From an uncultured virus (IMG/VR IMGVR_UViG_3300034104_004763) (lineage: Duplodnaviria > Heunggongvirae > Uroviricota > Caudoviricetes), in IMG/VR virus record IMGVR_UViG_3300034104_004763: a stretch of DNA of 64,000 bases; one strand, written 5' to 3'. Position numbers and translations under genes: made by a program. Numbering within the stretch: position 1 is the first letter of the stretch; each line of letters opens with the position of its first letter. The notes under the pieces are model-generated. The model was not told where the DNA came from and searched no databases. It saw only the letters and a program-made list of their open reading frames with translations. Shown here piece after piece: positions 19,395 through 30,905 of the stretch.

Positions 19395-20116
19395 TGGATA
19401 AAACAATATTAACACAAATTATTGAAAGTTTTTACTTAAACGGATTAACATCTCAGGTTAAATTTAAGGTAAAAAACAACGAAGCACACATTAAATTTGC
19501 AGTCGATAACAAGGATTGCATAGGGGAAGTTATCGCGCCTATAACCTTAGAAGATTGTGAAATAGGTATTTTTAATACTAGTCAATTACTTAAATTACTT
19601 CATATAACTAATGATTTTATTGAATTAAAATTAGAAAAGCAAAATAATCACTTTTTAAAACTTCATATTAGTGATAATCAATTTGACTTATCCTATAACT
19701 TAAGTGATTTAGGGTTAATACAAGATCCAGGTGTTGTACCTAATTTACCACCATATGATTTAGAATTTGATATTAATTTTGATTTTACTCAAAAGTATAT
19801 TAAAGCTCATAACGCGTTAGATAAACCACCTCGTTTTGAAATAGGTGTATCTAAAGATTTCAAAAATGATGAAGTTATTAATTTTATGATTGGTGAAAAA
19901 TCATCTTATTCAAATAAAGCCAACTTTACAGAATCAGGAAAGATTACTAATAAAATAAAACCTATAGCATTTAGTGCTAATAATTTTAGAGAAGTAATAT
20001 CTGTAAATAAAAATGCAGTAGGTAAAGTACATGTTTATAAAGATGGATTATTAAAAATTAACCTAGAAGAAGCAGGAGTAAAATCAGAATATTTTCTTGT
20101 AGCTTTACATGAGTAA
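19394..20116 (+). CDS. Sliding clamp (gp45/PCNA-like)
   Basis: 240 aa, IGIFNTSQLLKLL, terminal SEYFLVA; lies between polymerase and clamp loader. Confidence 0.65.
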   Translation: MDKTILTQIIESFYLNGLTSQVKFKVKNNEAHIKFAVDNKDCIGEVIAPITLEDCEIGIFNTSQLLKLLHITNDFIELKLEKQNNHFLKLHISDNQFDLSYNLSDLGLIQDPGVVPNLPPYDLEFDINFDFTQKYIKAHNALDKPPRFEIGVSKDFKNDEVINFMIGEKSSYSNKANFTESGKITNKIKPIAFSANNFREVISVNKNAVGKVHVYKDGLLKINLEEAGVKSEYFLVALHE

Positions 20117-20199
20117 TAATATTTATGACAAATGACCTAAGGGCACTTTAAATCATTTAATAACGAGTAGCTAGAGCACTCACAAAACGTAAATCAATT

Positions 20200-20607
20200 A
20201 TGAGTACAACTTTTAATGAATTTGACATTCTATTCCACAATTTCTTTTACCCTACAAGTGGATACGGTTCAGCAGCAACCACAAAACAACCTCACCCTTT
20301 AAATATCTTTTATGACGATGCAGGACTTCATTTTGAAGTAGCTTGTACTGGTCTTACTAAAGATGATGTGAAACTAGATATCGAAGACGATATTCTAAAA
20401 ATCAGTTATGATAAACCAGAAGAAGAAAAAGAATTGCATCCTGGAACAATTCACAGAGGATTATCTAAAAAATCCTTTAGTTTAGGTTACAAAATCTCAG
20501 CTAAATATGACTTATCTTTAGCAGTAGCAAAACTAGAAAATGGTTTGCTAGAAATTTCTATTCCTATTGCTGAAAAAGCAAAACCAAAAACAATAAAAAT
20601 AAAATAA
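20200..20607 (+). CDS. Small heat-shock protein Hsp20
   Basis: Alpha-crystallin motifs GLTKDDVKL, AKLENGLLEISIP, IKI tail. Confidence 0.9.
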   Translation: MSTTFNEFDILFHNFFYPTSGYGSAATTKQPHPLNIFYDDAGLHFEVACTGLTKDDVKLDIEDDILKISYDKPEEEKELHPGTIHRGLSKKSFSLGYKISAKYDLSLAVAKLENGLLEISIPIAEKAKPKTIKIK

Positions 20608-20987
20608 TAACCTTACGCCCTTAGGTTAAGTTTTATTTGGATATTCAAGAAAAATTTATTATATTATATTATAAAAATTTAATTATAAAGTTATGGCAAA
20701 TTCTCAATTCAAAGGTAGACAAAAAGGATCTACTAAAAAATCAACATTAATTTCAGATCCATCATTAGGTAATTATAAAATAGTTGTAGATGATGAAAGT
20801 TATAATCTAGTTTTAACTGACCCTGAAACAGGGAAGGAAAAAATTATTGGTTATTATACTAGATTAATTAATGCTTTAAAATATGTAGTTAGGACTCAAA
20901 CTGTTGAGAAAAAACCAACTTATACTATTAGAGAATATATCCAAGAATTAGAAACAGTTTCAAACAATTTAAACAATTTAATTAACC

Positions 20988-21281
20988 ATGAGTAAATTAG
21001 AATCAAGAGGTGGTAGTATCATCTTAAAACAACTCGAAGAAAACGAAATGAAAGTTGGTAACATCATTATTCCTGATGTGGGCCACGAAAAATCACTTGT
21101 AGCTGAAGTTATAGCAGTATCAGATGTATTTAATTGGCATAGAGGTGAATTCGTACCATCAGACTTAAAAGTAGGTCAAAAAGTAGTTATCCCACCAATG
21201 GGTGCTCAAAAACTAACATTAGATAATGTAGATTATTTAATTATTTCACAAGAACAAATCCCAGCAATAATAGTAGATTAA
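20988..21281 (+). CDS. groES: Co-chaperonin GroES
   Basis: GNIIIPD, EVIAV, LKVGQKV; immediately upstream of groEL. Confidence 0.85.
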   Translation: MSKLESRGGSIILKQLEENEMKVGNIIIPDVGHEKSLVAEVIAVSDVFNWHRGEFVPSDLKVGQKVVIPPMGAQKLTLDNVDYLIISQEQIPAIIVD

Positions 21282-21283
21282 TC

Positions 21284-22924
21284 ATGACAGAAACAGCATT
21301 CGGAACAGAATTAAAATCAAAATTACTATCAGGAGTTAAAAAACTTAATGATAGTGTATCTTCTACTTTAGGACCAGCAGGTAGAACAGTATTAATTAAA
21401 GGAGATTATGGTCAATTAACAGTAACTAAAGACGGTGTAACTGTAGCTAAAGCCTTTAAAGAATTAGAAGATCCAATTGAATCAACAGGAGCAGAATTAG
21501 TACAAAAAGTATCAATTAAATCTGCTAATGAAGTAGGAGATGGTACAACTACAAGTACTTTATTAACATACGCAATCTTAGAAGAAGGTTTAAAACATGT
21601 TAATGCGGGTCAAAATGCAGTTGAAATTAAAAAAGGTATTGATGACGCCGTTGAAGAACTTAAAACAGCTCTTAGCAACTTAACAGAAGACATTTCTGAT
21701 AATCAACAAATTAAAGAAGTTGCCACTATTTCAGGTAACAACGATGCAGAAATTGGAAACTTAATTGCTACTGCTTTGGAAAAAGTAGGTAGAGATGGAG
21801 TTGTAGCTATTGAGGAATCAAAATCAGGTGAAACTTCACTTGAAATTGTAGAAGGTATGCAATTTGATAGAGGTTATAAATCACCTTATTTTGTAACTGA
21901 TAATAATACAATGACAGCTGTATTAGATAATCCTTACATTTTAATTTACAATGGTAGAATAACAGCTGTAAATGAATTAGTACCAGCTTTAACATTAGCT
22001 AATACTGAAAAACGAGCCTTATTAGTAGTAGCAGAGGATATTGATGGAGAAGCATTAGCAGTATCAATTGTTAATAAAATGAGAGGTATTGTAAATGTAG
22101 TAGCAGTTAAAGCTCCTGAATTCGGAGATCGTAGAACAATGGCTTTAGAAGATTTAGCTATTATCACAGGTGGTCAAGTTTTATCTAAAGACAAAGGTCA
22201 TAAATTAGAAAAAATTGATGTTAATACTTTAAAACAATGTTTAGGTACTTCTCGTACTGCTACAATTGGTAAAGAAAAAACAACAATCGTTGATGGTAAA
22301 GGATCAGAAGAAGCTATTGAAACTAGAGCTCAAGAAATTAAAAAACAAATTGATGACGCAGGTTCACCATTTGAAAAAGAAAAATTACAAGAGCGTTTAG
22401 GTAAAATGATTGGTGGAGTAGCTATTATTAACGTAGGTGGTAATAGTGAGTTAGAAATTAGAGAGAAAAAAGATAGAGTAGAAGATGCTTTATTCGCTAC
22501 AAAAGCCGCTCTTGAAGAAGGTATTGTGATTGGTGGTGGAACTGCTTTATTATATGCTCGTAAAGGTATTACTTTTGAAGGTTCAAATGATTTTGTAAAT
22601 GGTAAGAAAATCGTTTACAGAGCAGCAGCTGCTCCATTCCAAAGAATTTTAACTAATGCAGGACATGATCTTGTAGAAGTTCAATATTTAGGTTCTAAAT
22701 TAACTGATTCAGAAAAAGGAAGTAATTGGAATGGTCTTAACTATAAAGACTTATCAACAATGGACTTTAAAGGAGCAGGTATTATTGATCCTAAAAAAGT
22801 AACTCGTATTGCTTTAGAAAACGCAGCATCAGTTGCAGGTACAATTTTGACAACCGAATCTGTAATATACGAGAAAAAAGAAGACAATAAAGAAGAAATC
22901 AATCCTATGCAAGGAATGATGTAA
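21284..22924 (+). CDS. groEL: Chaperonin GroEL
   Basis: [36 protein letters not shown]. Confidence 0.97.
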   Translation: MTETAFGTELKSKLLSGVKKLNDSVSSTLGPAGRTVLIKGDYGQLTVTKDGVTVAKAFKELEDPIESTGAELVQKVSIKSANEVGDGTTTSTLLTYAILEEGLKHVNAGQNAVEIKKGIDDAVEELKTALSNLTEDISDNQQIKEVATISGNNDAEIGNLIATALEKVGRDGVVAIEESKSGETSLEIVEGMQFDRGYKSPYFVTDNNTMTAVLDNPYILIYNGRITAVNELVPALTLANTEKRALLVVAEDIDGEALAVSIVNKMRGIVNVVAVKAPEFGDRRTMALEDLAIITGGQVLSKDKGHKLEKIDVNTLKQCLGTSRTATIGKEKTTIVDGKGSEEAIETRAQEIKKQIDDAGSPFEKEKLQERLGKMIGGVAIINVGGNSELEIREKKDRVEDALFATKAALEEGIVIGGGTALLYARKGITFEGSNDFVNGKKIVYRAAAAPFQRILTNAGHDLVEVQYLGSKLTDSEKGSNWNGLNYKDLSTMDFKGAGIIDPKKVTRIALENAASVAGTILTTESVIYEKKEDNKEEINPMQGMM

Positions 22925-23154
22925 TAAATTTGGAGTCTCGAAAGAGACTCCATATATTATAATAAATTAATAAGTTATGAAAGAACAAATTTTACATTTA
23001 GCAGATGATATCTTCTTAAAAGATAATTCACCTAAAAGAGAAGCATTTATTAAAGAATTTGAAAGTGCTACAGTATTAATGAGAGAAGAAGATTGGGATC
23101 AATTTTATGCTTTCGCTGATATTATAATGCAAAAATATTCCTAAATAAAAAGTT

Positions 23155-24066
23155 ATGTTTAATAAAAAACACACCTTATTTACCGAAAAGTATAGACCTG
23201 ATACCTTAGAAGGATACATTGGTAATGAAGATTTTAAATCATCATTACAACAATGGATTGACACTAATGATATTCCTCATCTATTACTCTCAGGACCCGC
23301 TGGTACTGGTAAAACAACAGCTGCTAAATTAATAGTAAATAACATTAATTGTGATTTTATATACATCAATTGTTCAGATGAAAATGGTGTTGATACTATT
23401 AGAGATAAGGTAAAATCGTTTGTTTCTGCTGCTAGTTTTAAACCACTTAAAGTGGTTATAATGGATGAAGCTGATTTCTTAACTATTAACGCTCAAGCCG
23501 CTCTTAGAAATGTAATTGAAACTTATAGTTTAAATGCTCGTTTTGTATTTACCTGTAACTTTATAGAACGAATCATTGATCCAATTCAGTCTAGAACTGT
23601 TATGTTTGAGTTAATACCTCCTTCAATGCAAGATGTAGCATTTAAATGTGTTGAAATTTTAGATTTAGAAGGTATTACTTATACTAAAGCTGATGTAGTA
23701 AGAATTATCAAACAAACATATCCTGATATTAGAAAATGTTTAAACCTACTTCAATCCTCTATTAAAAATGGAGAGTTAATGGAGAGTAGAGCAGTATCTA
23801 ACTTTAAACAAGTATCAGACCAAATAATAGAATTACTTAAAACTAAAAATGTTAAAAACTTTACTACTATAAGACAGTTAGTAATGGATTCTAATATTAG
23901 AGATTACAATGAGTTATATAGAGTATTATTTGAACGAGCCGATGAATTTACTGAATCTGCAGTTGCTACTCTTATAATAGCAGATTACCAACATAAATCA
24001 ATTATGGCACCTGATAAAGAAATTACATTCTGTGCCTGTGTTTCAAAATTATTAACAACTAAATAA
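23155..24066 (+). CDS. Clamp loader AAA+ subunit (RFC small/gp44-like)
   Basis: EKYRP, GPAGTGKT, MDEAD, PIQSR. Confidence 0.92.
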   Translation: MFNKKHTLFTEKYRPDTLEGYIGNEDFKSSLQQWIDTNDIPHLLLSGPAGTGKTTAAKLIVNNINCDFIYINCSDENGVDTIRDKVKSFVSAASFKPLKVVIMDEADFLTINAQAALRNVIETYSLNARFVFTCNFIERIIDPIQSRTVMFELIPPSMQDVAFKCVEILDLEGITYTKADVVRIIKQTYPDIRKCLNLLQSSIKNGELMESRAVSNFKQVSDQIIELLKTKNVKNFTTIRQLVMDSNIRDYNELYRVLFERADEFTESAVATLIIADYQHKSIMAPDKEITFCACVSKLLTTK

Positions 24067-24298
24067 AAAATGGAAAATCAACAACCGCAAATGAGCTTAG
24101 ATCTAAGCAAAACAACTCCAATTTTAACTGCCGCTGGTGGTAAAATTTGGCATCAAGGATACCTTTTAAGAAAAGTATCTAAATTTATCACTGGTACTAA
24201 CGAGGATAATGTATTACCAATCCAAGTATTTTACGACCCAGAAACCGGTGAAATTTTAAAAGATGGTTTACCTGATGAATTCAAATTCATTGTAGAAG

Positions 24299-24721
24299 AT
24301 GGACAAGAAGATCAATAACATATTTGATTGGGTAAAACAAATGTCTTATGATAAAGAATCATGGTCCTCATTTTCGAATGAGGAGCATGAGATCTTTAAT
24401 AATTTTATGATTAATAAGATAGTTTCAATGAATCCAAGCTATATTGAATTAGTAGCTGAGATTCAAGAATATCAAATGCCCAAACAAAAGTTATATGAAT
24501 TTTATTGCAAAACTTTACCTAAACAGAAATTCTTTAACAAATATCAAAAACCTTCTAAACAACAGTATTTAAAAGAAACTATAAGTTTATTATCAGAATA
24601 TTTTCAAATTAGTACTAGAGAAGTTTTAGATTATTGTAATATTTTAACTCAACAAGATATAAAAGATATTTTACAGCAGTTAGGTAAAGAAGAAAAAGAA
24701 ATCAAAAAGTTACTAAAATGA
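24299..24721 (+). CDS. Clamp loader small subunit (gp62-like)
   Basis: FNNFMINK..SM...LLSEYFQISTRE pattern and position after gp44-like gene. Confidence 0.6.
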   Translation: MDKKINNIFDWVKQMSYDKESWSSFSNEEHEIFNNFMINKIVSMNPSYIELVAEIQEYQMPKQKLYEFYCKTLPKQKFFNKYQKPSKQQYLKETISLLSEYFQISTREVLDYCNILTQQDIKDILQQLGKEEKEIKKLLK

Positions 24722-25002
24722 GTGATTCAAGAAAAAAATTTGAAGAAATGAATGATAGAGAAGCAACATTTACAATTGATGAAGATAAAAATCCATCAGT
24801 AATACATCCAACTCATTATGGTGGAAAAGATAATCCATACGAGGCTATCAAAGTTATAGAAGCTTGGGAAGTAGGATTTAATTTAGGTAACACACTTAAA
24901 TACATTTCTAGAGCAGGTAAAAAGGATAACATAATTCAGGATTTAGAAAAAGCTCTATTCTATTTGGATAGAGAAATCCAAAACAGAAAAAAACTTGGCT
25001 AA
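24718..25002 (+). CDS. DUF3310-like protein
   Basis: HPTHY...GFNLGNTLKYISRAGKK...DLEKALFYL. Confidence 0.8.
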   Translation: MSDSRKKFEEMNDREATFTIDEDKNPSVIHPTHYGGKDNPYEAIKVIEAWEVGFNLGNTLKYISRAGKKDNIIQDLEKALFYLDREIQNRKKLG

Positions 25003-25966
25003 ACAAATCCCACCAGTATTAAAGGATCTTAAAAAAGTAATAGTTCCACCCGTCAACTATGAAGTTAATAAGTATATATCCTACTCACAATTAAGTATGT
25101 TTTCTAACTGCCCGTTCCAATGGGGGTTAAAATATAGAGATGGATTTAAAGTATTTGAACCTAGTATACACGCGGTGTTTGGAACTGCCTTACACTTAAC
25201 CTTACAAAACTATTTAACAGTATTGTATGAAGAAAGTGGAGTAGCAGCAGATCACTTAGATATTGAGACAGATTTTAAAAACGCTTTAAAAAACGAATAC
25301 AAACTTACTTTAGAAAAGAATAGTAATGTTCATTTCTCTACAGCAGCAGAACTAGCAGAGTTTTGTGATGATGGGATTCAAATCCTTACTTTCATTAAAG
25401 AGAAAAGAACAACTTACTTTTCTAAAAAGGGTTGGTATTTAGTAGGTTGTGAGTTACCAATTGTTTTGAACCCTATTAAAACTCTAGAAAAAGTCTTTAT
25501 AACAGGATTTATTGATGTAGTGTTTTATCATGAACCTACTAATACAATTAAGATTCTTGATATAAAAACTTCAACTAGAGGTTGGGGTGATAAAGAGAAA
25601 AAAGATGATGTAAAGATAGCTCAAATACTCTTATATAAAAAATTCTTTGCAGAACAATATGATTTCCCAATTGATAACATTGAAGTAGAATACTTCATTA
25701 CTAGAAGAAAGGTATATGAAGGAGGAGATTTTCCTCAAAAACGAATACAAGAATTCAGACCGGCTGCTGGTAAAATTAAAGTAAATAAATCCACACAATT
25801 GTTAGAGGGATTTTTAAAACAAGCATTCGATTCTGAAGGAAATTACAATATGGTTGAATTAGAGAAAAAACCAAGTAAACATAACTGTCATTTTTGCCCT
25901 TATAAGAATAATCAAGACTTATGTAATAAAAATGAGGAAGTTAAAAACACATTTAAATTTTACTAG
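24995..25966 (+). CDS. PD-(D/E)XK (Cas4/RecB-like) exonuclease
   Basis: SYSQL..CP, FGTALH, GFIDV, ILDIKTS, C-terminal CHFCPY..C. Confidence 0.85.
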   Translation: MAKQIPPVLKDLKKVIVPPVNYEVNKYISYSQLSMFSNCPFQWGLKYRDGFKVFEPSIHAVFGTALHLTLQNYLTVLYEESGVAADHLDIETDFKNALKNEYKLTLEKNSNVHFSTAAELAEFCDDGIQILTFIKEKRTTYFSKKGWYLVGCELPIVLNPIKTLEKVFITGFIDVVFYHEPTNTIKILDIKTSTRGWGDKEKKDDVKIAQILLYKKFFAEQYDFPIDNIEVEYFITRRKVYEGGDFPQKRIQEFRPAAGKIKVNKSTQLLEGFLKQAFDSEGNYNMVELEKKPSKHNCHFCPYKNNQDLCNKNEEVKNTFKFY

Positions 25967-26004
25967 GATGCATATATTTATATATAATAATAAAAATATA
26001 AATT

Positions 26005-26193
26005 ATGTCACAAAATCAACAATTAACAAGTGTGAAAGTAGACAAAGATATCTTTGAGGCTTTCAAAATCGAGACAATTAAAACAAAGTTTTCATTACAA
26101 AAACTGGCAGACAGGTGTATGCATCTATACTTAACAGACCCTGAATTCCAAAAAATGGTTCATGATCATATGAATTTAGAATTAGAAAAATAA
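26005..26193 (+). CDS. Small putative ribbon-helix-helix protein
   Basis: LTSVKVDKDIFEAFK strand-helix pattern. Confidence 0.45.
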   Translation: MSQNQQLTSVKVDKDIFEAFKIETIKTKFSLQKLADRCMHLYLTDPEFQKMVHDHMNLELEK

Positions 26194-26198
26194 AATTT

Positions 26199-27623
26199 AT
26201 GAAAGAAGGTTATATACCAAAAGAACAAAGAAAAAAGATATTATTCATTTGTGATGATATCAGAATGCACTCGGGTGTAGCTACAATGGCCCGAGAAATA
26301 GTTTTAGGAACCGCTCATCACTATAATTGGGTAGTAATTGGAGCAGCTATTGATCACCCTGAAGCTGGACAAAGAATGGATTTATCTGAAGCTACTAATA
26401 AAGAAACAGATAATACTGACTCAAATGTTATTATATATCCTAATAATGGATATGGTAATGCTGACTTAATTAGGTATATGCTAAAAACTGAAAAACCTGA
26501 TGGGTTAATGTTTTTTACAGATCCAAGATATTATGATTGGTTATTTGCTATTGAAAACGAGGTAAGAAAACAAATACCAATGATTTACTTAAATATTTGG
26601 GATGATTTACCTGCTCCACTTTATAATAGAGCATTTTATGAATCATGTGATACTTTATTAGCTATTTCTAAACAGACTAAGAATATTAATGAAATGGTTT
26701 TAGGTAAAAAAGCAGATGGTAAAATTATTTCTTATGTACCTCATGGTATTAATGAGAAACATTTCTTCCCAATAGAAAATCGAGATGAGTTAAAAGAAAC
26801 TAAGAAAAAGTTATTTGGAGATAAAGAATTTGATTTTATATTATTCTTTAACTCACGTAATATTAGAAGAAAATGTATTAGTGATTTATTAGCAGCTCAT
26901 AAAATGTTTTTAGATTCTTTACCTAAAGAAAAAGCAGATAAAATTGCTTTAGTACTTCACACTCAAGTTGTAGATGGAAATGGTACAGATTTAGATGCTG
27001 TTAAAACCCTATTGTTTGGTAAAAAATCAAATGTATTCTTCTCAGATCAAAGAATTGACGCATCTGAATTAAATAAAATTTACAACATAGCTGACGCTGT
27101 AGTATTACCTTCTTCAAACGAAGGATGGGGATTAGCATTAACTGAAGCTATGATGGCTAGTAAAATGATCATTGCTAATGTAACTGGTGGTATGCAAGAT
27201 CAAATGCGTTTTGAAGATGAAGAAGGTAAATGGATTGAACTAACACCTGAATTCCCTTCTAACCATTTTGGTACTTATAAAAAATGTGGTAAATGGGCGG
27301 TACCTGTATTCCCTAACAATATGTCATTAGTAGGTTCACCTATAACTCCTTATATTTGGGATGATAGATTAGACTTTAGAGATTTAGCAAATGCTATTAA
27401 TCAGGTTTATGAAATGTCTCCTAAAGAAAGAATTGAGAATGGTAAAGCAGCTAGAGAGTGGGTAACATCTGATGAATCTGGTATGAGCGCTAGAATGATG
27501 TGTAATAATGTTATTAAGGATATTGATTTAACTTTAGAAAAATTTGTACCTAAAAAATCATTTGAACTACTTTTAGTAGAAGATTTGGAACCTCTAGAAT
27601 TAGTTCATAAATTAACGTATTAA
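26199..27623 (+). CDS. GT-B glycosyltransferase (GT4-like)
   Basis: PHGIN, EGWGLALTEAM. Confidence 0.88.
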   Translation: MKEGYIPKEQRKKILFICDDIRMHSGVATMAREIVLGTAHHYNWVVIGAAIDHPEAGQRMDLSEATNKETDNTDSNVIIYPNNGYGNADLIRYMLKTEKPDGLMFFTDPRYYDWLFAIENEVRKQIPMIYLNIWDDLPAPLYNRAFYESCDTLLAISKQTKNINEMVLGKKADGKIISYVPHGINEKHFFPIENRDELKETKKKLFGDKEFDFILFFNSRNIRRKCISDLLAAHKMFLDSLPKEKADKIALVLHTQVVDGNGTDLDAVKTLLFGKKSNVFFSDQRIDASELNKIYNIADAVVLPSSNEGWGLALTEAMMASKMIIANVTGGMQDQMRFEDEEGKWIELTPEFPSNHFGTYKKCGKWAVPVFPNNMSLVGSPITPYIWDDRLDFRDLANAINQVYEMSPKERIENGKAAREWVTSDESGMSARMMCNNVIKDIDLTLEKFVPKKSFELLLVEDLEPLELVHKLTY

Positions 27624-27632
27624 TAAGATAAA

Positions 27633-28940
27633 ATGAAAAATACATTTGTAATATCATGCCCTATAGATACTTTTTCAGGGTATGGCTCACGTTCACGTGA
27701 TTTAGTTAAAGCGTTAATTAATTTAGATAAATACGACGTTAAAATTTTACCACAACGATGGGGAAACACACCTTGGGGTTTTATTGAAGAACACCAAGAA
27801 GAATGGGGATTCTTACAATCTCATATTTTAAATGGTCAGTTAACTCAACAACCAGATATTTGGGCTCAAATAACAGTACCTAATGAATTCCAACCTGTTG
27901 GAAAGTATAACATTGGGATAACAGCAGGTATTGAAACCACAATTTGTGCACCACAATGGATTGAAGGTTTAAATAGAATGAATTTAAATTTAGTTTCTTC
28001 TGAACATGCTAAAAAAGTATTTCAAGATTCTAAATTTCAAAAACAAGATGAAAAAACCAAACAAACTATTGGTACAGTAGAATTAACAGCACCAATTGAA
28101 GTATTATTTGAAGGGGTAAACATTACTAAATACCTCCCAGCTACTTTAACACCTGCTTCTGAAATAAAACAAGCATTAGACACTGTAAAAGAGGATTTTG
28201 CATTTTTATTTGTAGGTCACTGGCTTCAAGGTGATTGGGGACAAGATAGAAAAGATGTAGGAGGTTTAGTTAGAATGTTTTTAGAAGCATTTAAAAATAA
28301 ATCTAAAAAACCTGCTCTTATATTAAAAACTATGTCCGGTCCAACTAGTATTATAGATAGAGATAATATCTTAAAGAAGATAGATACTATACGTCAATCT
28401 ATGCCTACTAAAAATTTACCTAATATTTACTTGTTTCATGGTGAAATTTCAGATGATGAAATGAATCAATTATATAATCATTCTAAAGTGAAAGCAATGG
28501 TTAGTTTTACTAAAGGTGAAGGGTTTGGTAGACCATTACTTGAATTTACTCAAACTAAAAAACCAATTATTGCTTCAAATTGGAGTGGTCATTTAGATTT
28601 CTTAAATCCTGAATTCACTTCATTAATACCTGGTACTTTAACTAACATTCATCCATCTGCTCAAGTTAAGGATATGTTAATTGATGGTTCTCAATGGTTT
28701 ACAGTTGATTATGGATTTGCTGGAGGTATATTAAGAGATTATTTTGAAAATTATAAAAAGTATCAAGATAATGGTAAACGTTTAGCACACTATTGTAAAA
28801 CTAATTTCTCATTTGAGAAAATGCAAGAAAAGTTAGATACTATATTAACTGCTAATGTACCTGAATTTCCAAAACAAGTACAATTAAAATTACCTCAATT
28901 GAAAAAAATTGAGTTACCTAAATTAAAAAAAGTAGAATAA
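27633..28940 (+). CDS. GT-B glycosyltransferase (GT4-like)
   Basis: SGYG, EGFGRPLLEF. Confidence 0.88.
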   Translation: MKNTFVISCPIDTFSGYGSRSRDLVKALINLDKYDVKILPQRWGNTPWGFIEEHQEEWGFLQSHILNGQLTQQPDIWAQITVPNEFQPVGKYNIGITAGIETTICAPQWIEGLNRMNLNLVSSEHAKKVFQDSKFQKQDEKTKQTIGTVELTAPIEVLFEGVNITKYLPATLTPASEIKQALDTVKEDFAFLFVGHWLQGDWGQDRKDVGGLVRMFLEAFKNKSKKPALILKTMSGPTSIIDRDNILKKIDTIRQSMPTKNLPNIYLFHGEISDDEMNQLYNHSKVKAMVSFTKGEGFGRPLLEFTQTKKPIIASNWSGHLDFLNPEFTSLIPGTLTNIHPSAQVKDMLIDGSQWFTVDYGFAGGILRDYFENYKKYQDNGKRLAHYCKTNFSFEKMQEKLDTILTANVPEFPKQVQLKLPQLKKIELPKLKKVE

Positions 28941-29488
28941 AATGAGAGCCTTAACAATACTAGCAACTGAGATTTATCAAATATTAGGTAAATATTCAAA
29001 TTTAACAGAAAGGAAAGAAGCTACAAAACAATACCTCCTTACTGAAATATCTCAATGGGGGGTAAGAAAATTAAACCAAGGTAATATTATAATATTCAAA
29101 CCAAAAGAATTTAAAGGAACTAACGACAGTTCTCCTTTTGAAGTTAGGCTAGTCTACGACCCAAATGATAATTTTTGGGAATTGAAATTTGGAAACCTAA
29201 ATGCACCTACTCCCGAAGAGCAATTTAAGTGGGATGATAATGATCCAAATCGATTACCTAAAGCAATATTTTTACAGAAAGTAATGAATAATGAGATAAT
29301 TCCTTTTTTAAATAGTACTGATAGTGAGGGTATAAAATTTGAACCCTATGATGGAGATGGTCTTGAAGATGATAGATTAAGTTATTTTCAAAACATGTTT
29401 AGAAAATTAAATAGTAGTGAGTTTGAATTTAATAAAGGGTACTCTGAAGATGATAATACCTATTACATAACTAAAAAATTATAATAAA

Positions 29489-29941
29489 ATGAAAGATCAA
29501 TTAAGTATATGCCCACGTTGCGGGAGTGATGCTTGTTATGTCACTCCTGTAAACGAAGTAAAAAACAATTATTTTTGTTTTGGATGTGGTTTTCAAACAA
29601 ATGACTTAATGAAAGAAGGTGAATTCGACTTTGAAACATATGAAGAAGCCTTACCTGAACTATATAAAGATCTTAAAAATACAGATTCAGAAAAACGTGT
29701 TTGGTACCCAATAACTATTAATATTCAGGATAAAGGAACGGTATTTGCCAACGGAAAAACCAAAGATAATTGGACATGGGCAGGAGTAAAAGCAATTGAA
29801 GTAAACGAAGAAGAAAAAGGTAAATTCAAAATACCTGGAACTGAAGATTATTACACCCATAAAACTGATATTAAATCTTTAAAAAACTATTCACAAGATG
29901 ATTTTATTGAAGCTTTAGATTATATAGGTTTTTACAACTAA
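29489..29941 (+). CDS. Zn-ribbon hypothetical protein
   Basis: CPRC...CFGC. Confidence 0.55.
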   Translation: MKDQLSICPRCGSDACYVTPVNEVKNNYFCFGCGFQTNDLMKEGEFDFETYEEALPELYKDLKNTDSEKRVWYPITINIQDKGTVFANGKTKDNWTWAGVKAIEVNEEEKGKFKIPGTEDYYTHKTDIKSLKNYSQDDFIEALDYIGFYN

Positions 29942-29946
29942 AAAAT

Positions 29947-30564
29947 ATGAAAATAAGTTATGCAATTCCTGTTTGTAATGAACATGAAGAATTAATGAGA
30001 TTACTAAGCATCCTCATCACTAATAAAAGAGATGAGGATGAAATAGTAGTTCAATGTGACCAAGGCAATACTACACTTGAAGTATATCAAGTGCTAGACC
30101 AATTTTATGGTAGAATAAGTGTTATAGAATTTCCATTAAAAGGTAATTTTGCTGCTTTTAAAAACAATCTAAAAAATCATTGTACTGGAGAATGGATTTT
30201 TCAAATAGATGCTGATGAGTATGTAACCATTGAATTTTTACAAAGTCTACATTTAATCTTACAAGATAATCCTACAACAGAGGTATTTTTACTTCCTAGA
30301 ATTAATACCGTAGAAGGATTAACACCAGAACATATTAATAAATGGAGATGGAATGTAAATGAGAAGGGATGGGTTAATTTCCCTGATTTACAACCTCGTA
30401 TACTTCAAAATTCACCTAAAATTAATTGGGGAAATAAAGTACATGAAGTATTAATGGGTCATAACACTTGGGCTACTTTACCATTAGAAGATGATTATTG
30501 TTTATATCATCCAAAACAAATCGAAAGACAAGAACGACAAAACAATTTATACGATTTATTATGA
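29947..30564 (+). CDS. GT2 glycosyltransferase
   Basis: ISYAIPVCNE, WIFQIDADE, KVHE. Confidence 0.88.
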   Translation: MKISYAIPVCNEHEELMRLLSILITNKRDEDEIVVQCDQGNTTLEVYQVLDQFYGRISVIEFPLKGNFAAFKNNLKNHCTGEWIFQIDADEYVTIEFLQSLHLILQDNPTTEVFLLPRINTVEGLTPEHINKWRWNVNEKGWVNFPDLQPRILQNSPKINWGNKVHEVLMGHNTWATLPLEDDYCLYHPKQIERQERQNNLYDLL

Positions 30565-30905
30565 ATTACAAAGAACAAAGACCTTGGGGTCAATTTGAAA
30601 ATCTCCTAGATAATGATTTATGTAAAGTTAAACAAATTACAATATATCCAGGACAAGCACCAAGTTATCAATACCACTTTAAAAGAGAGGAAGTTTGGGT
30701 TGTTGTAAAAGGTATAGGACACTTAAAATTAGATGATAGTATCTTCCCGGCCCGACCTGGAACTATATTTCATATACCTGTGACAGCTAAACATCAAATT
30801 AAAAATACAGGACAGGAAGATTTAATTTTTATTGAAGTTCAATTAGGTGAATATTTTGGAGAAGATGATATTGTAAGACTAGAAGATAATTATGGTAGAT
30901 TATAA
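30561..30905 (+). CDS. Cupin, mannose-6-phosphate isomerase type II C-terminal-like
   Basis: RPWG, SYQYHFKREEVW, IEVQLGEYFGEDDIVRLEDNYGR; true start likely 30561. Confidence 0.85.
   Translation: MNYKEQRPWGQFENLLDNDLCKVKQITIYPGQAPSYQYHFKREEVWVVVKGIGHLKLDDSIFPARPGTIFHIPVTAKHQIKNTGQEDLIFIEVQLGEYFGEDDIVRLEDNYGRL

Noticed and set aside
20160..20199. CIRCE operator upstream of hsp20
   Set aside because: Only a half-site-like AGCACTC is present; the GAGTGCTAA arm at 9-nt spacing is missing.
28920..29490. Tail duplication around ORF28942
   Set aside because: Similarity is limited to A-rich sequence and does not preserve the peptide.
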